DNA from: Bugula neritina
Taxonomy: Eukaryota; Animalia; Bryozoa
DNA: 64,000 nucleotides
Reading direction: 5' to 3'
NCBI GenBank assembly: GCA_964035545.1
Contig: OZ037771.1
Span: forward strand, 6,295,190-6,359,189
Position 1 is the stretch's first letter. Each line of letters begins with the position of its first letter. The translations under genes and the position numbers were made by a program. Of the stretch, positions 27,997 through 46,830 are shown piece after piece. The notes under the pieces are model-generated. The model was given only the letters and a program-made list of their open reading frames with translations, did no database searches and was not told where the DNA came from.

Positions 27997-28594
27997 ATAG
28001 TATTAGTTATGTTCTTTATCTCACTGATTAGTTCAACTTTTATTGTGGAATTTCTTGTACTTTTACATTTAAAGATGTTTTTATCACTCGACTTGACTTT
28101 GTTATATATGTAGTCACATGCTTATGACTACGGTCTCATATGTGACATATAACACTCTCTTGACCTCATGTACATAGCAATCTGTAAGTCAAGTTTTATC
28201 ATTCTTATATTTTATTTCTTTTTTTCTCATATCTAATAGAATTCAATTTTTAATTTTACCAATTTTAATGTTATGAGTAGTTTTGATGAGCAGCACTTGC
28301 GAGTAGACTAGCATTCAAATAATGCCTTTGAACAATATTTATTGTGGCTAGTTATAATATGTTAGTGGGAAATGTGTTCAAAATGTAAGTGAAGACAAAA
28401 GATGAATTTATTTCTCATCTGTGAACTGATGCTGTGGTCACATTGTGAAGCTAATTTCAACTTGATTCGCTGCGTATTTATTAATGTTTTACAAAAATTA
28501 AAACAATTTCCAGCAGCCTAGATAATTTTCCAGGCTATAATTATTATTCTTGCCTTGTGTTCAAGTAACATTTTCTGCGACCTATTCATTGTTC

Positions 28595-28680
28595 CAGGCG
28601 GGATTTGTCTTCTCGCATAATTTTGAAACGTTATTGCTATTGGGTAAGGCAATTACCACGTGAGCGATTTCCGCGGGAAT
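28595..28680 (+). promoter_or_regulatory. MCM7 cell-cycle promoter: E2F, CHR-like, CCAAT and E-box sites
   Basis: GGCGGGA (~28597), TTTGAA (28622-28627), ATTGG (28639-28643), CACGTG (28657-28662) and TTTCCGCGGGAA (28668-28679), all within 180 bp of the ATG at 28773. Confidence 0.7.
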
Positions 28681-28772
28681 GTCGTTGTCTTTGCAATAAT
28701 ACTCCTAGCTCTAGTACAACAGCTGATGAAACTGTTTTTAATAAATTTCTGAAACACATTTCGCTTGTTTTA

Positions 28773-35562
<6,790 letters not shown>

Positions 35563-35589
35563 GTTTGAGGTTGGTGCTGGTACACTGCG

Positions 35590-35925
35590 TTATACTACAT
35601 GTTGACATAGTTATAATACGTGCTGACACATTTATATTGCAACATGCTGACACATTTATACTACTACAGGCTGACACATTTATATTACAACATGCTGACA
35701 CATTTATACTACTACAGGCTGACACATTTATATTACTACATGCTGACACATTTACATTGCAACATGCTGACACATTTATATTGCAGCATGCTGACACATT
35801 AATACTACTACATGCTGACACATTTATACTACTACATGCTGACACATTTATATTGCAACATGCTGACACATTTATACTATTGCAGGCTGACACATTCATG
35901 TTATTTATAATAGTTGACATGGTTG
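35590..35925. repeat. 24-bp minisatellite (GCTGACACATTTATATTGCAACAT), probably within a 3'-UTR intron of MCM7
   Basis: About 12 units between a candidate donor GAG|GTTGGT (35570) and acceptor TTTCAG (35985). Confidence 0.85.
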
Positions 35926-36432
35926 TCCTGCGTTAAAGCTAAGCCTTGATTCTCATGATCTGATATACTTATGTTATGTTTTCAGGTTCCGTGATTGTGG
36001 AGAAGTGATTTATTCTGGAAACTCAGCGAATTTCTTCATCTGCATTGTATCTACTTTTTATGCATAGTTTCTTTTTTATTTTTACTTGTACATATAAGCT
36101 GTAGTATTTACACTATTCTTTTCCAATATAATACACACAATATACAAATTTTACAAATTACAAATTTTCTTTATTCAGAATGTATTTCATTCAACCGCTT
36201 TACCCCAATACATTTGAATTCATCTTTTTTATTTCAATGTAAGTATGGTCTTGGTACATAGCTTATGATATTCAATTGCTTATATTATATACATTTTATC
36301 TATTTAAGGAACCAACATTTTCACTTCAATTTCATTATTCATTCGCTTTGTTAGTCAACTAGTGTAGCTGATCTTCAGCCTTGTGTGCTTGTTGCAGCTC
36401 TTATGGTTCTTTGCATTCAGCTTGGGAGTTGT

Positions 36433-38702
36433 CTAACTCTGAAATATTAAAATGTAGCCCTGAACACAATATATTGTGCATATGCAGTTTGTTATGTTAG
36501 CTGTTATAAAACCTAGTGGAGCTTTGCAATCTTCTTAAAATCAGCTAATAATATTGTATATAAAAATAAATTGTTTGTGAACTCAGAGTTGTCTTTCCAG
36601 TTAAGGCAAACGCGCTGTCAGCTGGCTGGGCTCTATGCAAATATAGAGAGGACAAGTCTCACCTGTAGCTGCTGTGAGATTATCGTAAGTCTTCGCTCGG
36701 CATCGACTAACTTTTTCTCCATTTGTTTTACAGACTTGGCCTGAGTTTCATTTCCTTTATCAAGATCTTTTATCTGTCTCAAAACTTCTGTTTTTGCTTT
36801 CCTTCTTTCTTGCTCAAATTTGTCTAGCTGTTCTTCTAATTCATTTTGGTATCTGCAAAACAGGATGAAAACCTGAGTTTGAGTAAAGAGTCTCTGCTGC
36901 TAGTCTGAGAATGCTTTGTGTCATTGTCTTTGCTTATGCACCTTTTGCAGAGGCTTAACTATAATAACACGCTAGTAAATAAGACAAAGTTAGATGTAAA
37001 ACTGTTGGAGGAAAAGTTTATGTAGAGTTGTGTTACCTCAGTCTGCGACAGGTTAATATTAACGCCCCAATGGCAAATAGAGCAATTAGTGCCATGGCAG
37101 TCAGTGCAACATAAATAATTGGGTTGGAAACTTTATTTCCAGTGCTTCTGTAATCATAAAATGAGAGCATGTAGAAGGCACGTAGCAAAACGGCAAATCT
37201 TGATAATTAACCTGTAACCCACCATACACCATCTTATAGCTAATGTTAGCCACTATATAAATCCACCCGTGGACTATGCTTTTCTGTAAAGGTTTCAGCA
37301 GCACACCAGCACTAGGTGGCTTTTTAAATAAATTATTTCTTTATGATGTTACCTAAAAACTGTAACATTGTTTTCCCATTGTGAGATTTTATTCAACATA
37401 CACTTTAATTCAAAGTACAAATCATGCATAGCCAGGAAGGCTGCTTATTTGCCCATTTGAGTGTGTGTGCACAAGTGTTAAATAGCTGTAGGTGACGAAA
37501 TAAATAATTAATATTTATAAAAACTATAAAGGATGCCAATTCCTTCCTCCAACTCTTGTTTCGTATATTAGTCGTGAAATTGCCATCAACTATATAATTA
37601 TTTACCAACTGTTTACTTATTTTCATGGAAAGATGCTGTTTGTTTGAACTTCTTACTGGAAGTTTTTGAATTGCACACCTGGCTCTTTGTATAAGCTTTT
37701 CAAATATTTTTGAAAACTGAAAGTAAAAATCGTAATTAAATTACTTTATTTAATTGAAAGCTGTTTTTAAACAATATGCCAACTTACACAGTGTTGTCGG
37801 GATCACCTACAATACAAACATAACCACACTGTAAGTTTCTGTCTGTGAGGATATTTATACCATAAAATAAGTAATGAATATTTTAAACATTATGATCAAG
37901 TTTGGAGATCAAAATAATTAACTTTTAGTGTACTGTATTTATCCATATTATATAGTGATAAGGTACGATTACAAATATTTACTTTTAATTTACTGACATC
38001 TGTCTTGTATGACTCACCTGGCACATAGTTCCTCTCTGGTTCATTCGGCTGGACTGTGTTCCCTGGCTGAGCTGTTTGAGCTGGCTGAGCAGTGGTTCCA
38101 GGTTCACCTGGCTGAGTTATCTTTGTTGTCTCACCTGGCTGGGTTGTCCCACCTGCTACTCCACCTGGTGTTGTGGCGAAAGTTACATGTCTTACTATAA
38201 CAGAGGGGATACCTGCAGAAGAGTTTTGAAAAGAAATGGCAGAAGATGATGTCACCAATGAGTCACTTGTTGTACTCGGTGGTCTAGTGTCCGTAACAGT
38301 AGGTGGCGGAGAGGTTTTTCTTGGAAACGGTACATACGATGGGAGTGTATAAGAATGTTTGAATTTGAAGCCAACTGCCAGAACTAACGGCTCATTGAAA
38401 GTTGAGTACGGTGGGATGATTATATCCTCCGTAAGAACTGTATCCGTGGGGAAAACAACTTCTATGAATGAGCTGTTTTCGGGACCAAATCTCGGTATGT
38501 AGCTTCCAGCAGGTAGAATGTCTCCTGTCTGCAGAATTAGTCCCTGGACTAGCGTGGTGTAAGTGGGGAATAGTAACTCAACTGGCAACACATAGTTTGA
38601 TGGAATCGTCTCCCCTAATGAATAGCCAGTCACATTAATGTCGAATACGGATGAGTTGGTGAAGTTCAACTGTAGATAACTTATAAGAGGAAGTATTGGC
38701 AT
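36433..38702 (-). CDS. Orphan single-pass membrane glycoprotein (Pro/Gly/aliphatic-rich ectodomain, S/T stalk, TM, cytoplasmic coiled coil); 5' end uncertain
   Basis: Exons ~38669/38702-38018, microexon 37806-37788 (19 nt), 37147-37037 (TM IIYVALTAMALIALFAIGALILTC-RRLR), 36852-36663 (YQNELEEQLDKFEQERRKAK..KKLVDAERRLTIISQQLQ) and a last exon from 36438. The phases close only when the microexon is included. Confidence 0.65.
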
Positions 38703-39810
38703 GATGAAAATATAAATATGGTCTATACACCGTCCTCCATACTCAAAACAACTTGTAGTATTAATAAATTAATGTGGCGGTATTTCAAATATGCATCAGC
38801 TTGTATTGTTAACCTTAACTTTGATCATCTATATTTTAATTTTCACACAAAACTTTAAAATAATAATAACTATGTAAGAATTCCTCATTTACCATAGATT
38901 AGTAATTTGATTGCTTTTTATATCATAAAATATTATTTTACAAATATGATGTAGATTGAAAACCAGCTTTAATTAGCAATATAACATAAAATTGTATTAT
39001 ACAAATATAACAAGAAACAGTTCACTGAAGCAAGCATAGATGAGTCACATTTTGTTTCCCATTTCACCTCCATTATAAAATTTTAATACTGTCTAAATAA
39101 CACATCCACAAACACACACTATCAAATTAGAACTTCTAAATTATACTTAAAATTGCTGTTTCAATTATAGGTCATTCTAAAATTAATTAGGGCCTCCTGT
39201 TTAATAAAATACAGCATAATGTGCTGCTTTACAAAATCATTAGAAAATTCTAAACTAACTTTAGAGTTCATTTTAGACTGTCGAAATAGTCAAATCCCAC
39301 ACAACAAAAATGCACTTTCAAATTACTGCAATCTATTTGAAAATTTGATAAATATATGCAGTTATTCAGCAATGGTTAACAAGGCATAGGTTGATATGTT
39401 ACATGCTTTACACACGCACAACAATATATATAGCATTCTATTTATATAGTCAATAGACTCTAATATCGCTAGGCCAAGTCAATATATAAAACCAGGGTTG
39501 CTTGATAAACAATATCAAGAAAGGCTTATCAAGAATGTATAAAGATAGTTGCTCTGTGGTAATAGGGAGAGACAGGTCAAAGGGCAATTAATGGTCTTCC
39601 GTCAAGTTATTTTGATGTATTCTTACACTGCAATTCAATCAGAGATAAGGGGTCACTTTCATATGATAACATACTAGACTATTTAGTAGAGTTGATGTAA
39701 GCAACTACAGCATAAACAAGGCAGACGACACTAGATTGCCAGTCACTCTTGAAACTAGTCAGAAGCAGTTGTGGCAGAACTTAACAGGTGGTTGACATCT
39801 CTTCTCAGCT

Positions 39811-42800
39811 ATGACCGACTCACCATTTCCCTTCAACGATTCTAAGCATTCGCACAAGAAAAAGTCTCAAAGATCAGGAAGTTGTGACAGTTTTTACATG
39901 AGTTCACACGAGGAGCGCCTGGCAGCACAAAAGGTAGGGTCAGCGGTCTGGGAGTATGTCTAGCAAGTCTGCTGACACACACAAAGCCTGTAGCATATAA
40001 TGATTTATGTTCTTATATATGTTTATTCATTCATGTCATCCATATTGTTTGTATACTATTGTCATTTTGTAGTATTTGTGAGGTAGGTGCAGTAATGGAG
40101 AAATTAAGAAAAGCCCAAGTTCTAGATTAAAAAAAGGAAAAAAAGAAGTTATGTCAACTTAAAGAACTCAGGCTATCTCAATTTCTCCACTACTACTCCT
40201 AAGTGTTGTATCAATTTATTATTAAATTTATTTGATGAAACGCAGTGACTGGTCTCTTGCATGATTACATAATAATCCAATCTCTTACAACTATTTTAGT
40301 GCTTTTGTTGTTGATTAAGAACTAGACTCAAATAATGCTATTCTGGTTATTAGAGGGTCTCATGTACTTATATTATGTTGTGTTTTAGAAGATTGAGGAG
40401 TTTTCTTCCACTGATGAAGGAAAAAGTCATGCCATCGAGTCGGAGTTGTCCGGAAGCAGTGTTGTCAGAGTGGATGTATGTGTTTAGATATGATGTATAA
40501 ATGTACATGTGCCAGTAACAGTGTTGTGCATACATGCTAGCACCTGCTGACACTTGTTTTCAAAATTATACAAGCAGGTGCTTGTCCTATGTAGAAAGAT
40601 TAACTCACGAGCAAGTGCTTGTTTAGCTGCAGTACCTGCATACATACATGGACACACTTGTTCTAGATAGAGGATATATGCAATCTCTCAGGATCCCAGT
40701 CTTGTGTCAATGTTACCACTTTCTCTTTGAAAAAATGCAAAAGTCGCATTTTGGTGCCGTACTCCCGCCTATTAAAGTTGGTATGTACTTTTCAAATTAG
40801 CATTGAGTTACGTTTAGCTTCAGGAGTTAAACCCTTTAGTCTAGCATTTCTGCTATTCTAGATATGAATATGGGTTTTTCACCAGAAAAAACGTACTTTC
40901 TTAAACTTCGGAAATCAGAAAAAATAAAACTATTTTTCTTACTAAAGAAAACTTATTCGAAATTGAAATGTTCTTACTTTTAAACTTTTGGCTAAATTGA
41001 AAATAGCTATCACATGTAGCGATGCTTTAACTTTTGAGATTTTTTCCTTGGGACATAACTTCTGTAAAAAAGTTATGTCATCGAAGAAATGTCACTTTTG
41101 GTCAACACCATAATTTAACGGCTGGTGGCATGTTGAGTTTGATACTTTTTTGTATATTCAAAACTGACTGAATAAACAGACTGGTGTTCTTTAATTGGAT
41201 TTCCTTTTCAGAATTTTTGTTACTGTAACTTAATAAGTGGTGCAAAATTATTTATAAATGCACAAAATTTTTGCAACTGCAAAGGTTAGTGTTAAAAACG
41301 CCACCATCTCACTTTGTTCATATGCTTTAGTGACAATTTTTTGACAATTTTTAATTTCTGAACGAAGTTAAAATTCATAAAGGCTAGCTTTTCATTATGT
41401 TGTCATATGCATATACTATCCAGCTATATCATGTAGATTGGGTGGAGGCCGTTTGGCCGAGATATATATGGTAATGGTAACAACTGCGGTTGGAAAGCCT
41501 TCAACACGCTGTATGTGATATTAGTGCTGCTCTTTGTGGTCTACGGTTATATATATGACATCATGTCCTGTCAGTGGAAGTTAGACCTCAAGTATGATGT
41601 CAAGGTGAGCAACACAATGACCTCTACTTCTTGTATAAGCCCTCAACATGTGAACTGGTGCATGGACATATGGTTGAGTTGCATGTAGGATGAAGAGATC
41701 TTGCTTTATCACATAGTTATGCCTTTTACATTTTTGTGCAATGAGTTTGCCAGATTTAAAAAACTTACTTTTGCTTTTCGATAAGATGAAAAATCTTATT
41801 TATAGCATAAGACCCAAAATGTTTCATTTTAGGACTTTTAGAATTTTTGTGTGACCAACAGAGCAAGCCCCTACTTTTAATACTTTATTAAGCTGAGGCT
41901 AGATATTCTCGAAATACTAAAGCTACCAACAGAGCAATGAAGTTTTAATTTGTGTATTGGTGTGTGTTGATGTGTGTTGGTGTGTGTTGGTGTGTGTTGG
42001 TGTGTGTTGGTGTGTATTAGTGTGTGTTGGTGTATGTTGGTGTGTGTTGGTGTGTGTTGGTGTGTGTTGGTGTGTATTGGTGTGTGTTGGTGTGTGTTGG
42101 TGTGTGTTGGTGTGTGTTGGTGTGTGTTGCTGTGTGTTGGTGTGTGTTGGTGTGTGTTGGTGTGTGTTGGTGTGTGTTGGTGTGTGTTGGTGTGTGTTGG
42201 TGTGTGTTGGTGTGTGTTGGTGTGTGTTGGTGTGTGTTGGTGTGTGTTGATGTGTGTTGGTGTGTGTGTTGGTGTGTGTAAATGCTTATATACATATATT
42301 TATACATAATTATACAAAGTTGACATAGTTTATGAAAAGATGATGTTATGATGTTACTTCTTTTACAGTACGTTCCTGTGGCCACCACGTCTCCTTATAC
42401 ATTAGCACCAGCTAGGAATTCTTCTAGTGGTGCCAACCTCACTACACAAAAGATGAATATATTAATAATAAATGGGGTAAGTCATCTCCTTCTACACGCA
42501 CACGCACACACACACAGTGTTAAATGTGTTATAAATCTACGCGTAATGTTAATAATTTAAGTGTAAGATGCCTATCGCATGTCTATTTTCATCATTGACA
42601 GTTCATACATGTTACCTGATATTTTCAATTTTATTCTATGGATTGTTGTTGACTATATACTGCATATGTATTACATCATATTACAACTTTTTGTATACCT
42701 CAACTTAATACATTAAGCATTCTAAATCTATACCATTTTATTTAGGACTTGACATATTTTCAGATATCTCCCTTTATCTTTACAGAGTGCAGTTAGAGTG

Positions 42801-45401
42801 TATGATTCTACAACCGCACACTCTTCTGATCTTAGTCCAAGTACAGTAACATGTGGTCACATAGTAACTACTTATATTATCCCTGACCTGCTGCATTTTG
42901 CTGCATATATACTTGGGCTATGGTATTTCAGAATAGGAAACAATGAGAACCTATATGCTTTGATGGAAAAGGTATGAATTTAAGATATACTGTGTTTACT
43001 GAATGAAACAAATTTTGAATCTAACCAACTGACAGCTTGCAAAAGCAATCCCCCGGCACTTTTAACATCAAAAATCAATTTTAATTATGAAATTTTTCAA
43101 GTATGTTTACATAGAGGTAATAACTCCTAAATCCAATGCACAGTAAATAAAATATGGTCATGTTTAAACTGCTCAAATACACTTATACTAATCAGCTACT
43201 GAATAGTAAGTATTTTATATGGTATTATTTGGTAGTTATATGGTGTACTGTGTACACTACTTACAGTCATAGTTGTAGTATAATGTACTAACCGTCATAG
43301 TTGTGGTATATTATACTAACAGTCATAGTCGTAGTATACTATATTAACAAGTCAAGGTTTATATCGCAGGTATTCCTACAGACAGCCAACATGCAAACCA
43401 GAGCTATATCACAGAGTACACTCATTGCTAGGATGAGGTTTGTGTATCTTCTGTATACATTCTTTGTATCTTTTCATTACCTTTCACAGCATATTATATT
43501 CTGTATGTTGGATAATCAAATAATCATTTAGTATGAAAAACTTTTTTCCAATAGTTTATACTAAGTAACTGAATTGTTTTGTTTTTGCAGGAGTTTCTTT
43601 ATCTTTGGTTTCATCTGGGTTGTGTCAAGTATGTTTCTTCAGGGACTGTTTGTTTACACATTTGGTCTGCAGAGAGAAAGTATACTCACTCAACTCTATG
43701 GCAATCAGTAAGTCTTGATGTTTATAAATAATTTGTTGGAAGTTTTATGACTACAGTTTACCCGATGTTGTTGTCATGAAAGATATATCTGTGTAGAAAA
43801 AAATTAATTCTAAATTTTCAAATGTCACAAATTTCTATAATGCTATGCATGAACAGCAATAGAACAACTAATATAGTTAAATAAAAGTTGGTTAATTGTT
43901 ATATTATTTCATAACCAATGATCAATATTTAATACCTGCTGTTTACTATTTTGCTAATGGGTGTGAAAAAAGCTTTACTAATAAAACTTTAGGCTTAGAA
44001 ACTAGAAATACAAACTATAAATAAAAATTAATTTTTTTCTCGCATGTTTATAATTGTAATTATATCAGCTCATGGTATGCATAGTAATCTGAAAAGTTTA
44101 AAAGCTTCTCATAAAAAATGGGGTTTAGATTTATCCACCCATGAGTACAGATAGTTGCAAATTTTACGCATTGTCAGCAGCTACTCATATAGTTTAGTCC
44201 GGAGAAAGGGTGCTCAATAAAGAGTTATTCTCAAGCATCTAACCATTGTTTAATGAAGCTTAGAAATCATTAAATTTTATACAAATGTATAACTGAGGAA
44301 GGTAGCTAGCATATTTAGGAGCAGTAGTAGAGGAATTGAGATAGCCTAAATTCTTTAAGTTTCTATTTAAATTTTGGTTTGGGCACAGGCTAAAATTCTC
44401 ACGAGAACATAACTCTAATTCTAATCTAGAACACAGGCTTTTCTCCATTTCTCGAAATTTTGTCGTAGTTTTACTAGTTACCAACATATCATTGTTAATA
44501 ATCATACAGTCATTCAGCTAACAATGTACATGTGATTGAAGACTACAATCTTATTTTAAAACTTAAGCTATGATTCCTGTAGACATGTTTTTTATACTAA
44601 GCATTACGTTTTTGTAGACGAACATGGATAATACTGATCATGATTTCTTTTTTTAGAACCGTAGCTTCTTCAGTGTGGCCATGGATCTTGTTTGTGATAG
44701 ATTTAATTGGAGTGGCTGTAGCCAACTGTATAAACTTAGCTGTAGTTCTCAACTACTCAATTCAGTGCGAGATGCTACGCTACTACGTCAACACTGTTGG
44801 CACCCGTCTTAAAGAGAGGTCCACAGACCTCAAGTCAGCTATGCAGGTGAGTCATCTCACGTCTGCAACTCACGTATGCAGTTCACGTCTGCAACTCACC
44901 TCTGCAACTCACATCTGCAACTTACGTTTGCTCCAGTTGCCTGCCTTTACAGCATTGCGTAACAAAACTAAACTAAGTGATAATCAATATAATGATTTAA
45001 AATATTTTAGAGTTTACTCATTTGCATATAAAACTCATGCAAGTTTATAGTAACTATACCTTTGAGAACCTCCTGATTTAAAGAGTTATTTTAAGTGGGC
45101 TAAGGACTTATTCAGATGAGGCACAGGAGCAATTATGACTGGAGGCTCTTCCTAACATCACTGTTAGGGCTTGAGCCGCTGACCTCATGTTTACTAAGCC
45201 AGCACTCTAACCACTACACTATGGCTGCTTCCTAGTTTCCTTATTTGCAAATGACTTAATTTAACTTGATGATTTAATACTACTTGATGTATTTTCAACA
45301 GAATGTGTTGGGAATTAGAGAGTCCATCAGTTTACTCAACAGTGACATAGCTCGCATGACCTCTCTGGCCGTTATCCGATTTGGTGAAATGTTCATCATT
45401 G
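39811..45401 (+). CDS. GrlHz-like 7-transmembrane ion-channel (gustatory receptor-like) protein, 3'-incomplete in this window
   Basis: Exons 39811-39932, 40389-40475, 40667-40780, 41437-41604, 42369-42476, 42786-42971, 43370-43437, 43591-43707, 44657-44846, 45302-45401 are phase-compatible. Motifs CKSRILVPYSRLLKLIGWRPF, CGHIVTTYIIPDLLHFAAY..ENLYALMEKVFLQ and NYSIQCEML match my recollection of the CG3831/GrlHz family. Several TM segments are present. Confidence 0.7.
40084..40201. mobile_element. TA-flanked MITE family, copy 2 (internally shortened)
   Basis: TAGGTGCAGTAATGGAGAAATT ... TCTCAATTTCTCCACTACTACTCCTA. Confidence 0.75.
41955..42278. repeat. 10-bp minisatellite (TGTGTGTTGG)n
   Basis: About 32 units; source of the VCVGVCWC pseudo-ORFs. 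Confidence 0.95.
44316..44453. mobile_element. TA-flanked MITE family, copy 3 (opposite orientation, one end decayed)
   Basis: TAGGAGCAGTAGTAGAGGAATTGAGATAGCCTAA..TCTAATCTAGAACACAGGCTTTTCTC is the reverse complement of copy 1. Confidence 0.75.
45096..45228 (-). mobile_element. tRNA-derived SINE (copy 2, diverged)
   Basis: Aligns to 20980-21121 (GGGCTAAGGACTTATTCA..ATTATGACTGGA.GCTCTTCCTAACATCAC..CATGTTTACTA..CTCTAACC..ATGGCTGC). Confidence 0.8.
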
Positions 45402-46830
45402 GTTCGTATACTCTTATATCAGATATGAGTACATGTAGCAGATGGTATTCTTACTCTCCTGTGATTTCTTTTCAGTCACAATACATGATACTTCTGTTTA
45501 AATTATTGCTAAAATCACCTCTAGACATTCGAATAATGTTGTTTTTTCTCTCTGGTTGAATCAGTGCAAAAATCTATAATTAGGCGTAACTTTTTGTTAC
45601 AAGTTTTCCTGCGTAGCAAACATTGCATCACCCAGAATATCAACTAATAGTTTAGCACTTGTGGTTCATAGGTTAGTGAATTTTACGGAGGTGGAACATT
45701 CGGGCTGTTTTAAAAAGTTAATATAATGCAGTATTAAAATTTAGCTACCTATAGTTATGACTCATAAATACCATACTGTAGGAATACAAGTCGAACTTCT
45801 CAAACTGCACACAATCCATTATTTTACAAAACAACAAAGTGTTGGAAAATTTCAAGAGCATCTATTACTTTGTTCTTTCCTATTTGATTACAACTTTATT
45901 ATTTTATACTTTTTTATTGAAAAGCAGTGAATTTAATGACTTTCGCCAATTAAAACAAAGCTTTTCCTCACTCTTCTTTGACCAAACAACGTAATTGATA
46001 AGTTATTGCTCAACTCAAAAGTTCAGCCTTCTGCTCATATTCAATGACACTAACTCTTTAGCACTCACAGATGCTATAATTAAAATAATATAGTATTAGT
46101 TACAATAATTTATATTTTAATTCTGTAAATTCTCGTTTTATTGTCAAAGAAGTGCCCTTTAATAGTATTTATTAAAAATGTAAATTATTCTATTTACGTA
46201 CATATACAGACATGATAAATATGATATCTAGGCATTAACTGTATGTAACAAAAATGTATGGGGTATAAGCCTTATTTACATCCTAAATTTACACTAATCT
46301 AAAAAATATGAACGAAGTTAAAGTAAAACAATCACATAATAAATAAAGAGCACACAGTGGTTAGTTGAAAGCACCAAGTTATAAGAATACGTATTTACAT
46401 TTTGGTGTAGAGGAGCATTCAATCTGCACTGAAGAGATTCGTGTGACCGTCTGCACGTTATGTATATATCACAGCGTATAGATGAAATACAGGAGGCTAG
46501 TTTATGATAGTATTATAAAATATAAGAATGGTGTTACATGGTAATGTTGAGCTCCCTTAAGATCTAGTAATTCGGACATTGTCACTGATTATCTTTATTA
46601 TAGAGAGGGGATAATTCTATGATCATATGCATATAGAGGGGATAACTCTATAATTAGACACATAGAGGGGATAACTCTATAAGACACATAACGGGGGATA
46701 ATTTTATCATCACACGCATAGAGAGGGATAACTCTATGATTAGATGCATGGAGATGGGATAACTACGATCAAACACATAAAGAGGGGACAACTCTATAAT
46801 TAGATGCATAGAGAGGAGACAACTCTATGA

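Noticed and set aside
27997-28772. TOP2-MCM7 operon or polycistron
   Set aside because: MCM7 has its own E2F/CHR/CCAAT cluster; there is no direct evidence of trans-splicing.
36357-36436. Longer coiled-coil terminal exon (LDNSQAECKEP*ELQQAHK..) for the orphan gene
   Set aside because: It needs a rare GAG acceptor and contains an internal TAA; the canonical acceptor gives S-stop. Possibly a decayed extension, unresolved.
40827-41290. piggyBac-like MITE (TTAA.CCCTTT ... AAAGGTTAG)
   Set aside because: Termini and TSD are too degenerate to call confidently.
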